Shown piece by piece: positions 36,547 through 44,083 of a DNA stretch of 64,000 nucleotides. Positions within the stretch are counted from its first letter, which is position 1; every line of letters begins with the position of its first letter. The notes beneath the pieces are model-generated. The model saw nothing but the letters and a program-made list of their open reading frames with translations, ran no database searches and was not told the origin of the DNA. The stretch is from assembly GCA_964230605.1 (NCBI GenBank), contig CAXRIN010000058.1:10969-74968 (forward strand). Direction: 5' to 3'. Made by a program: the position numbers and the translations under genes. The stretch is from Flavobacteriaceae bacterium. Its GTDB lineage: Bacteria > Bacteroidota > Bacteroidia > Flavobacteriales_C > GCA-002722245.

Positions 36547-36554
36547 CAAATATA
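36547..36554 (-). promoter_or_regulatory. Bacteroidota-type -7 box (TATATTTG) for the 35568-36530 gene
   Basis: The minus strand reads TATATTTG, 16 nt upstream of ATG 36530. Confidence 0.4.
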
Positions 36555-36644
36555 AATTAAGATACAAGTTCAACTATAACTTTACTCCAAAAAGTTTTTT
36601 GATTTGAAAATAATGGTTGAATTTTGACGTAAATATTCTACTCT

Positions 36645-37901
36645 TTGATTTCTTTTTCAAAAATTCGAAATATTCTGGTTGGTTTTTTAGGTTTTGTCTT
36701 AGTAACCTGCACATACGTTGTTTTTGCAAAATACTCCGGCTTACCTGTATTTGTAATTACACTAGGGTTCTTCGCAACGTTCCTTTTTTTAGGGACACAA
36801 AATTTAAAGAAAGTTGCAGAATTTTGTAAATCGTATGTTGGCCTCGGACTTATTCTAATTTTAGTTTTGGGACCAATTTTATCTTTTGTTCTTAATCTGA
36901 GAGCAGACTTTAACAAGGTTATTTTACAATTTTTCTATTTGGCTATCGCTTTATTTACTTTTCAAAATTTTGAAATTCTAAAAAAATACAGGCGATTCCT
37001 TTTAATAGGTGTTTACTTCAATTTAGTCTTTGGACTTTTTAGTATTTTCTCCGGAAAATTTTTCCAAGGCTTCGCAGATGTTATCAATGATGATGTATTA
37101 GGTTATAGAGGAAGGGCAATTGCTTTTTATTTACAACCCAATAACCTAGGAGCGGCAACTGTAAATTTATACATCCTTTCAATTTTTCTATACAAAGAAA
37201 AAAATATAAAGCTATTTTTTCTTCCTTGTTTAATTACCGTTATTGCATCTGCCTCCAGAACATCTTTGGCGGTTATTTCGATTGTAGGTTTTGTTCAGGT
37301 TTTTACAATATTTATAATTCCTAAATTTCAAGCATTTAAAATTCGAGGCCAAATAACTAGAATTATTCTTATCACCGTAGGTGGAATCACCTTATTGGTT
37401 ACCTTATTTTTGAATTCTTCCTTAATATATAATGCTGACTATAAAAACCTTGTAACAAGAATTGAGTTTTTTATGAACATTGGGGAAAAGTTAGATCAAT
37501 TAGACAAAGAAAACTCCATGCTGGTAAGGGAGAAATATCAAAAAATATTTAAAAATGAAATAGAAAAAAAGCCATTTTTAGGGCACGGATTTGGTGTACA
37601 AAATGCGGACATGGAAGCAGGAATACTGAAAGGTAGTGCTCACAACCATTATTTAGAACTTTTATATCAAGGAGGTGCCATATTTTTAGTGCTTTACATA
37701 ATTTTTCTGGTGTTACTACTCAATCAAACAGTAAAATTCTATTTTGTGGAACCCTTCTATTTTACAGCATCACTTTGTTTCCTCACCTACATTATAATTT
37801 ATGGCTTCTTTTTGAATACTCTTTTCGATACTCGATCAATATATTTAACCCTCGGGATCATTTGTTATTTATCCGTTAATCCAAGCGCCAAAAAAATATA
37901 A
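36645..37901 (+). CDS. O-antigen polymerase/ligase family membrane protein (second Wzy-like)
   Basis: At least 10 TM helices, an ASASRTSLAV motif (Wzy_C-type) and a large loop with GHGFG. No ATG occurs near the 5' end, so a TTG start at 36645 is assumed. Confidence 0.55.
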   Translation: MISFSKIRNILVGFLGFVLVTCTYVVFAKYSGLPVFVITLGFFATFLFLGTQNLKKVAEFCKSYVGLGLILILVLGPILSFVLNLRADFNKVILQFFYLAIALFTFQNFEILKKYRRFLLIGVYFNLVFGLFSIFSGKFFQGFADVINDDVLGYRGRAIAFYLQPNNLGAATVNLYILSIFLYKEKNIKLFFLPCLITVIASASRTSLAVISIVGFVQVFTIFIIPKFQAFKIRGQITRIILITVGGITLLVTLFLNSSLIYNADYKNLVTRIEFFMNIGEKLDQLDKENSMLVREKYQKIFKNEIEKKPFLGHGFGVQNADMEAGILKGSAHNHYLELLYQGGAIFLVLYIIFLVLLLNQTVKFYFVEPFYFTASLCFLTYIIIYGFFLNTLFDTRSIYLTLGIICYLSVNPSAKKI

Positions 37902-37902
37902 C

Positions 37903-38964
37903 ATGAAAATCTGCTTATTCTCAGCATCATTAGAGCAAGGAGGTGCCGAAAGAGTTATGTCTGTTTTAGCCAATGAATTTGTTCAACTTGGGCATGATGT
38001 TGTTATCATTACATTGGTAGATCGCCCAATATTTTTCGATTTGGATAAAAGGATAAAAGTATCGTGCTTAAATTTTGAAAATAGTGGTCCCGTTCAAAGA
38101 GTTCTAAATCAACTCAAAACCGTAAAATCACTAAACGATTTTCTTCTTTCGGAAAAACCAGATGTTTTATTGAGTTTTATGGTAAAATATAACATTCTGG
38201 CTATTTTGGCAGCAAAAAATACTGGAGTAAAAGTATTTGTCTCAGACAGAAGTAATCCATTAAAAGAATTACCTTTTGTTCAATCGTTTCTTCGTAAAAA
38301 ACTCTATCCAAAAGCAACCGGAATTATATCACAAACTAGTCTAGCAAAAAAGGTGATGGAAGACATTGTTGGACCAATAAATAATATCAAAGTAATTTTA
38401 AATCCAATACCTCCATTTATAAAAGAAAATCTGCCGAAAGAAAAAATCATAATTTCAGTTGGAAGATTAGTCAAGTTAAAAGGACATGATTACTTGTTGA
38501 GAGCATTTTCTAAATCAATGCAAAAAGGTTGGCGATTAGTCATTTTAGGGGAAGGACCTGAAATGGATAGTTTAAAAAACTTAGCTGAACAACTAAATAT
38601 TAGCGATAAAGTCACTTTACCTGGTGCAGTTAAAAATGTTAATTCTTGGTTGGAAAAATCAAGCATCTTCGCTTTTACTTCTTCATCTGAGGGATTTCCT
38701 AACGCACTTGCAGAAGCGATGGTTGCAGGTTTACCCTGTATCAGTTTCGATTGTAATGCGGGGCCTCGAGATTTAATAAATAAAGAAAACGGTTTTTTAA
38801 TACCTGAAGGAGATGAAAATCTATTAGCAAAAAACTTAAAAGATTTAATGCTAAATGATGATCTTCGCACAACTATTGGGAAAAAGGCTCAAGAAATTGC
38901 AAAAACCTTAAATAATACAGCAATATCTAAAGAATATATAAACTTTTTTGAAGGACATGATTAA
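37903..38964 (+). CDS. Glycosyltransferase family 4
   Basis: MKICLFSASLEQGGAERVMSVLANEF N-terminus, then VGRLVKLKGHDYLLRAF, ILGEGPE and SSSEGFPNALAEAMVAGLPCIS (E-x7-E). Confidence 0.8.
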   Translation: MKICLFSASLEQGGAERVMSVLANEFVQLGHDVVIITLVDRPIFFDLDKRIKVSCLNFENSGPVQRVLNQLKTVKSLNDFLLSEKPDVLLSFMVKYNILAILAAKNTGVKVFVSDRSNPLKELPFVQSFLRKKLYPKATGIISQTSLAKKVMEDIVGPINNIKVILNPIPPFIKENLPKEKIIISVGRLVKLKGHDYLLRAFSKSMQKGWRLVILGEGPEMDSLKNLAEQLNISDKVTLPGAVKNVNSWLEKSSIFAFTSSSEGFPNALAEAMVAGLPCISFDCNAGPRDLINKENGFLIPEGDENLLAKNLKDLMLNDDLRTTIGKKAQEIAKTLNNTAISKEYINFFEGHD

Positions 38965-40084
38965 GGTACTAGTAAATGTTGCGACGCTTAAAAAAGGAGG
39001 TGGACAAAATGTTGCGCTTAATTTTCTCCAACAAATTATAAAAGAAAAACCTCAAGGCTTTGAGTTTGTATTTGCTGTTTCTGCATCTTCTCAAATTAAA
39101 CCCTTTTTAGAAAAAAACAATCAAGAAATCATCGTTGTAAGCGACAATCCGATTGTAAGAATGGTGACTGAATTCTTTAGAGGAAAAAGCATCATTAAAA
39201 AATATAAAATAGACATTATATATACTTACTTCGGAATTGGTCTTTATCCGAAAAGTATCAAGCAAGTTTCTGGATCGGCTGATTCCAACCTATACTTCCC
39301 AGAAATTGATTTTTGGAAAGAGTTTAAAGGTGTAAATAAACTTAAAAAACACTTAATCGATCGTTATAGGATATGGGGTTTAAAGAGAGCGAAAGCAATC
39401 ATATTTGAAAACCATGAAATGGAAGAACGAGGTAAAAAGTTATTCCAACTTAAACATACCTGTTACATCCCACCTTCTTTTAGCCAACCTGAAGAAAGTG
39501 AGGATTTTAGTCAGCTTACTCAAAACCCCGAAGAACATCGAGGGTTATTTTTATGCGGTTGGCAACGAAATAAAAACTTTATGCTTATTCCTGAAATAGC
39601 ACAAAAGTTTAAAGAAAAGGGGGTCAATTTTAAGTTTGTAATTTCCACCTCAACAGATGATTCGGTTGAATATTTAGAATTTAAAAAACTGGTTGATCAA
39701 TTTGGTGTTGCAAATTACATTCAGCTCGTAGGAAGTGTACCTAAAAGTCAATTACCATCCTTATTTTCTAAAATAGATTTTGTTTTTTTACTAAGTAAAC
39801 TAGAAAGCTTTAGCAATAACATTATCGAAGCTTATTATTATAAAAAACCACTAGTAATTTCTGATCTGGATTGGGCAAAATCCATATGTGGTGATGCTGC
39901 TATGTATGTAGATATTAATAATATTTCAGATATTTCAAATAAGGTTTTAACTTTACTGTTTGACAAAGGCAAAACTGAGGACTTGAAACAAAAGCAATCA
40001 ACTAAACTAAATGCTTTCCCCGACATTGCCGAAAAATCGAAAATGGAGTTAGATTATCTTAAAAAAATATATGAGTCAGCTTAA
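38957..40084 (+). CDS. Glycosyltransferase family 1 (GT-B)
   Basis: MIKVLVNVATLKKGGGQNV N-terminus is paralogous to the GT at 29639-30751. C-terminal SKLESFSNNIIEAYYYKKPLVISD. I prefer ATG 38957, which overlaps the upstream stop, to TTG 38948. Confidence 0.6.
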   Translation: MIKVLVNVATLKKGGGQNVALNFLQQIIKEKPQGFEFVFAVSASSQIKPFLEKNNQEIIVVSDNPIVRMVTEFFRGKSIIKKYKIDIIYTYFGIGLYPKSIKQVSGSADSNLYFPEIDFWKEFKGVNKLKKHLIDRYRIWGLKRAKAIIFENHEMEERGKKLFQLKHTCYIPPSFSQPEESEDFSQLTQNPEEHRGLFLCGWQRNKNFMLIPEIAQKFKEKGVNFKFVISTSTDDSVEYLEFKKLVDQFGVANYIQLVGSVPKSQLPSLFSKIDFVFLLSKLESFSNNIIEAYYYKKPLVISDLDWAKSICGDAAMYVDINNISDISNKVLTLLFDKGKTEDLKQKQSTKLNAFPDIAEKSKMELDYLKKIYESA

Positions 40085-40592
40085 GTCATTTATAGTCATA
40101 TCATACGAAGCTGTAATGAATGCTGTATTTGCGCTTCCTCGTTACAGGTTGTTTATTTTTTTAAAGAAAACCCTTCTTCAAATAATGGGCGCTAAAATTG
40201 GAAAAGGTGTTCATATCTACCCAGGTGTTTGGATTGCTCCTGGCCGCAACTTGATTATCGAAGACGAAGTAGATCTTGCAAAGGATGTATTAATAAACTC
40301 TTCAGGTGGTGTATTCATTGGAGAAAGAACTTTAATTGGATATCGTACTCAAATTATTTCCACCAATCACAGTATACCTGCAGTTGGTGAAGCTTTTCCT
40401 GTTTCAGGCGATGATCATAAACCAATTCACATCGAAAAAGACGTGTGGATTGGAGCAAATTGTGTAATTACCGCCGGAGTAAGAATTGGAGAAGGGGCAG
40501 TTGTTGCAGCAAGTAGTGTTGTAACTAAGGACGTTGAAAAAAACGCAATTGTTGGCGGAGTACCTGCCAAATTAATTAGAATGAGAGAATAA
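40071..40592 (+). CDS. Hexapeptide-repeat acetyltransferase (WcaF-like)
   Basis: Hexapeptide repeats (VWIGANCVITAGVRIGEGAVVAASSVV), a GGVPAK tail and an N-terminal hydrophobic segment as in colanic-acid-type acetyltransferases. Confidence 0.75.
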   Translation: MSQLKSFIVISYEAVMNAVFALPRYRLFIFLKKTLLQIMGAKIGKGVHIYPGVWIAPGRNLIIEDEVDLAKDVLINSSGGVFIGERTLIGYRTQIISTNHSIPAVGEAFPVSGDDHKPIHIEKDVWIGANCVITAGVRIGEGAVVAASSVVTKDVEKNAIVGGVPAKLIRMRE

Positions 40593-40597
40593 TAAAT

Positions 40598-41740
40598 ATG
40601 AGTGATAAAAGAGAATATCAAGAGTGCGCAAATTGCGTAATGGATACGACTGATAGTAATATCGTATTCGACGAAAATGGTGTTTGTGATCACTGTAATA
40701 CTTATTTCAAAGATATTGAGCCTAATTGGCATACAGACGAAAGAGGTGAGGCCGAAATTAAAGCTATTGTAGAAAAGATTAAAAAGGCTGGAAAAGGGAA
40801 AGATTTCGATTGTATTATGGGGATGAGTGGAGGAATTGATAGTTCTTACTTACTTTATTTAGCCGTTAAAAAATTAGGACTTCGACCATTAGTTTTCCAT
40901 GTTGATGCGGGATGGAACTCACAAGAAGCGGTAAACAACATTGAAAAAATGGTCGACCAACTTGGTCTGGATTTATATACCGAAGTTATCGATTGGGAGG
41001 AAATGAAGGATCTTCAATTAGCTTACTTCAAAGCCGGGGTTTCTAACATTGATACTCCTCAGGATCATAGCTTTTTTGCAACAATGTATAAGTTCGCCAA
41101 CGAACACAATGTAAAATACATCCTAACTGGCGGAAATTACTCTACCGAGTGTGTTAGAAACCCTTTGGAATGGATGTATTACCAATCCGACTCTATTCAG
41201 TTAAAAGATATTTATAAGCAATACGGAACAGGAAAACTTAAAAATTTCCCGATCACCAATATCCTGTGGCATAAGGTATATCTACCATGTGTAAAAGGAA
41301 TAAAGTTAATTCGCCCTCTAGATTTCATGGAATATGATAAAGAGGCAGCTACTCAATTCCTAGTAGATGAATACGGGTATCAAAGATATCCTCAAAAGCA
41401 TTTTGAATCCAGATTTACAAGATTTTACGAGTCTTATTGGTTACCCGAAAAATTTGGATATGATACGAGAAAAGTTCAATATTCTAGTTTAATCCTAACA
41501 GGGCAAATGACTAGAGAAGAAGCTCTAGAAAAATTAAAATCTCCAGCTTATAACCCAGAAACGATTAAAGAAGACTTTGAATATATTGCCACTAAGCTTG
41601 GAATTACTGTTGAGGAGCTTCAAGGTTATATGGATCAGCCGAATAGAAAAAATAGCGAATTTAAATCGCAAGAAAGTATTTACTCTATTGGTGCTAAAGT
41701 TATGAGAATAGTTGGATTAGAAAAGGGTGGAAAAAGATGA
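40598..41740 (+). CDS. N-acetyl sugar amidotransferase (WbpG/PseA-like, PP-loop ATP pyrophosphatase)
   Basis: N-terminal Cys cluster CANCVMDTTD...GVCDHCN and the PP-loop motif MGMSGGIDSSY. Followed directly by HisH/HisF paralogs. Confidence 0.8.
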   Translation: MSDKREYQECANCVMDTTDSNIVFDENGVCDHCNTYFKDIEPNWHTDERGEAEIKAIVEKIKKAGKGKDFDCIMGMSGGIDSSYLLYLAVKKLGLRPLVFHVDAGWNSQEAVNNIEKMVDQLGLDLYTEVIDWEEMKDLQLAYFKAGVSNIDTPQDHSFFATMYKFANEHNVKYILTGGNYSTECVRNPLEWMYYQSDSIQLKDIYKQYGTGKLKNFPITNILWHKVYLPCVKGIKLIRPLDFMEYDKEAATQFLVDEYGYQRYPQKHFESRFTRFYESYWLPEKFGYDTRKVQYSSLILTGQMTREEALEKLKSPAYNPETIKEDFEYIATKLGITVEELQGYMDQPNRKNSEFKSQESIYSIGAKVMRIVGLEKGGKR

Positions 41741-42351
41741 TAACCATTGTTGATTACGGATCAGGAAATATTGAAGCTTTTAAAAATATTTATAAAAGGC
41801 TTAATATAGAATGTGAAGTCGCTACTACTCCAGATGAAATTTTACAAGCAAAAAAACTTATTCTTCCAGGTGTTGGTGCGTTTGACGAAACGATGCGAAT
41901 CTTAAGAGATTCCGGAATGATAGAGGCTTTAAATAAGCAAGTTTTAGAAAACAAAGTTCCAGTAATTGGGATTTGTGTTGGAATGCAAATCTTGTCCAAA
42001 AGAAGTGACGAAGGAGAATTAAACGGATTGGGTTGGATTGATGCTGAGGTGAAGAAGTTTGACGTTTCAAAGCTTACACAAAAACCACACTTGCCACACA
42101 TGGGTTGGAATACATTCCAGGCCGAAAAAGAAAGTCCAATACTGGCTGAATTAGAGCCTGAAAAAGGATTCTACTTTCTACATACTTATTACTTCTCGTG
42201 CAACAATCAGGATGATATTTTAACTTCCACAGTTTATGGAGATAGATACACATCGGCTGTTAACCACGATAATATTTTTGGGGTGCAATTCCATCCGGAA
42301 AAAAGCCACAGTAATGGAGTACAATTATTGAAAAACTTTGCCAACCTATAA
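41737..42351 (+). CDS. hisH: Glutamine amidotransferase, HisH paralog of the acetamidino-sugar module
   Basis: Class I GATase motifs LPGVGAF, GICVGMQIL and FHPEKS. The start overlaps the upstream stop (ATGA). Confidence 0.8.
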   Translation: MITIVDYGSGNIEAFKNIYKRLNIECEVATTPDEILQAKKLILPGVGAFDETMRILRDSGMIEALNKQVLENKVPVIGICVGMQILSKRSDEGELNGLGWIDAEVKKFDVSKLTQKPHLPHMGWNTFQAEKESPILAELEPEKGFYFLHTYYFSCNNQDDILTSTVYGDRYTSAVNHDNIFGVQFHPEKSHSNGVQLLKNFANL

Positions 42352-42353
42352 TT

Positions 42354-43109
42354 ATGTTAAGATCAAGAATAATCCCATGTTTATTGGTTCATAATAAAGG
42401 CTTGGTGAAGACCGTCAACTTTAAGGATCCTAAGTATGTTGGAGATCCTATTAATGCTGTTAAAATTTTCAATGAAAAGGAAGTTGATGAATTAATTGTC
42501 TTGGATATTGATGCAACTGTTGAAAAACGCGAGCCCAATTTCCAAATGATAAAAAACTTGGCTACAGAGTGTAGAATGCCTTTCTGTTACGGTGGCGGTG
42601 TTACAACTCCTGAACAAGCTAAAGAAATTGTAAAACTCGGAGCGGAAAAAGTTGCGCTAAGTGCAGCAGCGGTTGAAAACCCAGAATTGATTAAGGCAAT
42701 CGGACAAGAAGTTGGGGTTCAAAGTGTAGTTGTTGTTATCGACGTTAAGAAAAAAGGAATTTTTGGTAAATACGAAGTCTTCACTCATAACGGTAAAAAA
42801 TCAACTGGTTTGAATCCTGTTGATTTTGCCAAAAAGATGGAGGAGATCGGTGTTGGTGAAATTGTAATCAATTCTATAGACCAAGAGGGAACTATGAAGG
42901 GTTATGATTTTAAGCTTTTCGATAGCATCAGGAATCAAATTTCCGTTCCTCTTACTATAATGGGAGGAGCAGGATCTTCTGAGCATATTAAAGAAGCCTT
43001 AGATAAATTTGGCGTAATTGGTGCAGCGGCAGGAAGCTTATTTGTTTTCAAAGGAAAATACCGTGCCGTTCTTATTCAATACCTGGATAAAACAACACTT
43101 TTCAAATAA
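42354..43109 (+). CDS. hisF: HisF-like cyclase subunit (AglZ/HisF2-type acetamidino modification protein)
   Basis: RIIPCLLV...GLVKTVNF, DELIVLDI, GGGV and GAAAGSLF motifs of a (beta/alpha)8 HisF-like barrel. Confidence 0.8.
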   Translation: MLRSRIIPCLLVHNKGLVKTVNFKDPKYVGDPINAVKIFNEKEVDELIVLDIDATVEKREPNFQMIKNLATECRMPFCYGGGVTTPEQAKEIVKLGAEKVALSAAAVENPELIKAIGQEVGVQSVVVVIDVKKKGIFGKYEVFTHNGKKSTGLNPVDFAKKMEEIGVGEIVINSIDQEGTMKGYDFKLFDSIRNQISVPLTIMGGAGSSEHIKEALDKFGVIGAAAGSLFVFKGKYRAVLIQYLDKTTLFK

Positions 43110-43136
43110 TTAATTAGGAATTCTTAGAAAAAATAA

Positions 43137-43170
43137 AGGCCGGGTAATCAAGCCGGCCTGTATATTTTTG
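43137..43170 (+). terminator. Rho-independent terminator closing locus C
   Basis: AGGCCGG (43137-43143) / CCGGCCT (43153-43159) forms a 7-bp GC stem with a 9-nt loop, followed by GTATATTTTTG. Confidence 0.65.
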
Positions 43171-43306
43171 TTCTCCAGTTTATCTGTCAGGATTTGTTAG
43201 AAGAAACAATTTATTAAGTAACACTATAAAGCTAAACGCTAAACTCCTCAAAATGTTACAATTATCGATGAAAAAAGTTTTTTCTTCGACCAATTATAAA
43301 TTTCTA

Positions 43307-44020
43307 TTACTGTTTATCCTGCAGTGCAAACACCTTTTTTAATAGGTCTGATGTTCTTTCTTGAAGATTATTTCTGATTTCTTTTTCTTCAATCGTTATC
43401 ATTTTAAAAACTCCATTTAACGCCTTTTGAGTTGCATAGTCTTTTATGTCTGTGTTCATCTTGGTTACAAATGGAATCTTATTGTAAGTAGTAGTTAAAT
43501 CAGACCAAGCTTTATCTGCGCCAACTTTACCAAATGAATTGGCCATTACAGGATAAAATTTATTGTAGAGAGAATCTCTGGTTGTAGACTCTAAATATGC
43601 TGTAGCAGAGCTATCATTTCCCATTAAAATATTTCGGGCATCAGCAAAAGACATGTTTTGAATAGCTGAAATGAAAATCGGTGTTGCTTCTTTCACAGCG
43701 TCCTCTGCAGCCCTATTCATTAACTCTAAACCTTTATCTGGTAATACACCTAAACCTAGAGATCTCAACTTACTTTCAACATTCGACAATTCTGATGGAA
43801 ATGGAATTTTCACCAAAGAATTTCCTAAAAACCCATCAGTTGTTGTTAGCTTTTGTACTTCTTTTGTTACTCCTTTATTTAATGCTTCTTTTAAACCATT
43901 TGCAATATCTAAATCTGTAACAATTGCTTCTTGAGCTTTGGATACTTCATTTAAAACATGAAATAATTCTGTACAGGAAATTAAAGTAACAGACAGTAAG
44001 GCAATCAATATCTTTTTCAT
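43307..44020 (-). CDS. DUF4197-like lipoprotein
   Basis: [16 protein letters not shown] signal plus lipobox from ATG 44020. [10 protein letters not shown]...[14 protein letters not shown] matches my recollection of DUF4197. Confidence 0.5.
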   Translation of the reverse strand: MKKILIALLSVTLISCTELFHVLNEVSKAQEAIVTDLDIANGLKEALNKGVTKEVQKLTTTDGFLGNSLVKIPFPSELSNVESKLRSLGLGVLPDKGLELMNRAAEDAVKEATPIFISAIQNMSFADARNILMGNDSSATAYLESTTRDSLYNKFYPVMANSFGKVGADKAWSDLTTTYNKIPFVTKMNTDIKDYATQKALNGVFKMITIEEKEIRNNLQERTSDLLKKVFALQDKQ

Positions 44021-44033
44021 AATCGCTTTTTTG

Positions 44034-44041
44034 CAAAGGTA
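44034..44041 (-). promoter_or_regulatory. -7 box (TACCTTTG) for the DUF4197 gene
   Basis: The minus strand reads TACCTTTG, 13 nt upstream of ATG 44020. Confidence 0.35.
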
Positions 44042-44055
44042 ATTAACCAAATCAC

Positions 44056-44063
44056 TACTTTTG
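44056..44063 (+). promoter_or_regulatory. -7 box (TACTTTTG) for leuS
   Basis: TACTTTTG lies 20 nt upstream of ATG 44084. Confidence 0.4.
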
Positions 44064-44083
44064 CAAGGCTTAAGTACATTATT

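Noticed and set aside
36617-36916. Two short overlapping ORFs (70 aa plus strand, 92 aa minus strand) at the 5' end of the second Wzy-like gene
   Set aside because: They overlap the much longer membrane-protein frame, have no recognisable motifs, and their composition is consistent with chance ORFs.
41737-43109. hisH/hisF as histidine biosynthesis genes
   Set aside because: They are isolated from any other his genes, fused by overlap to a WbpG-type amidotransferase, and sit inside a glycan locus. They are interpreted as the acetamidino-sugar module.
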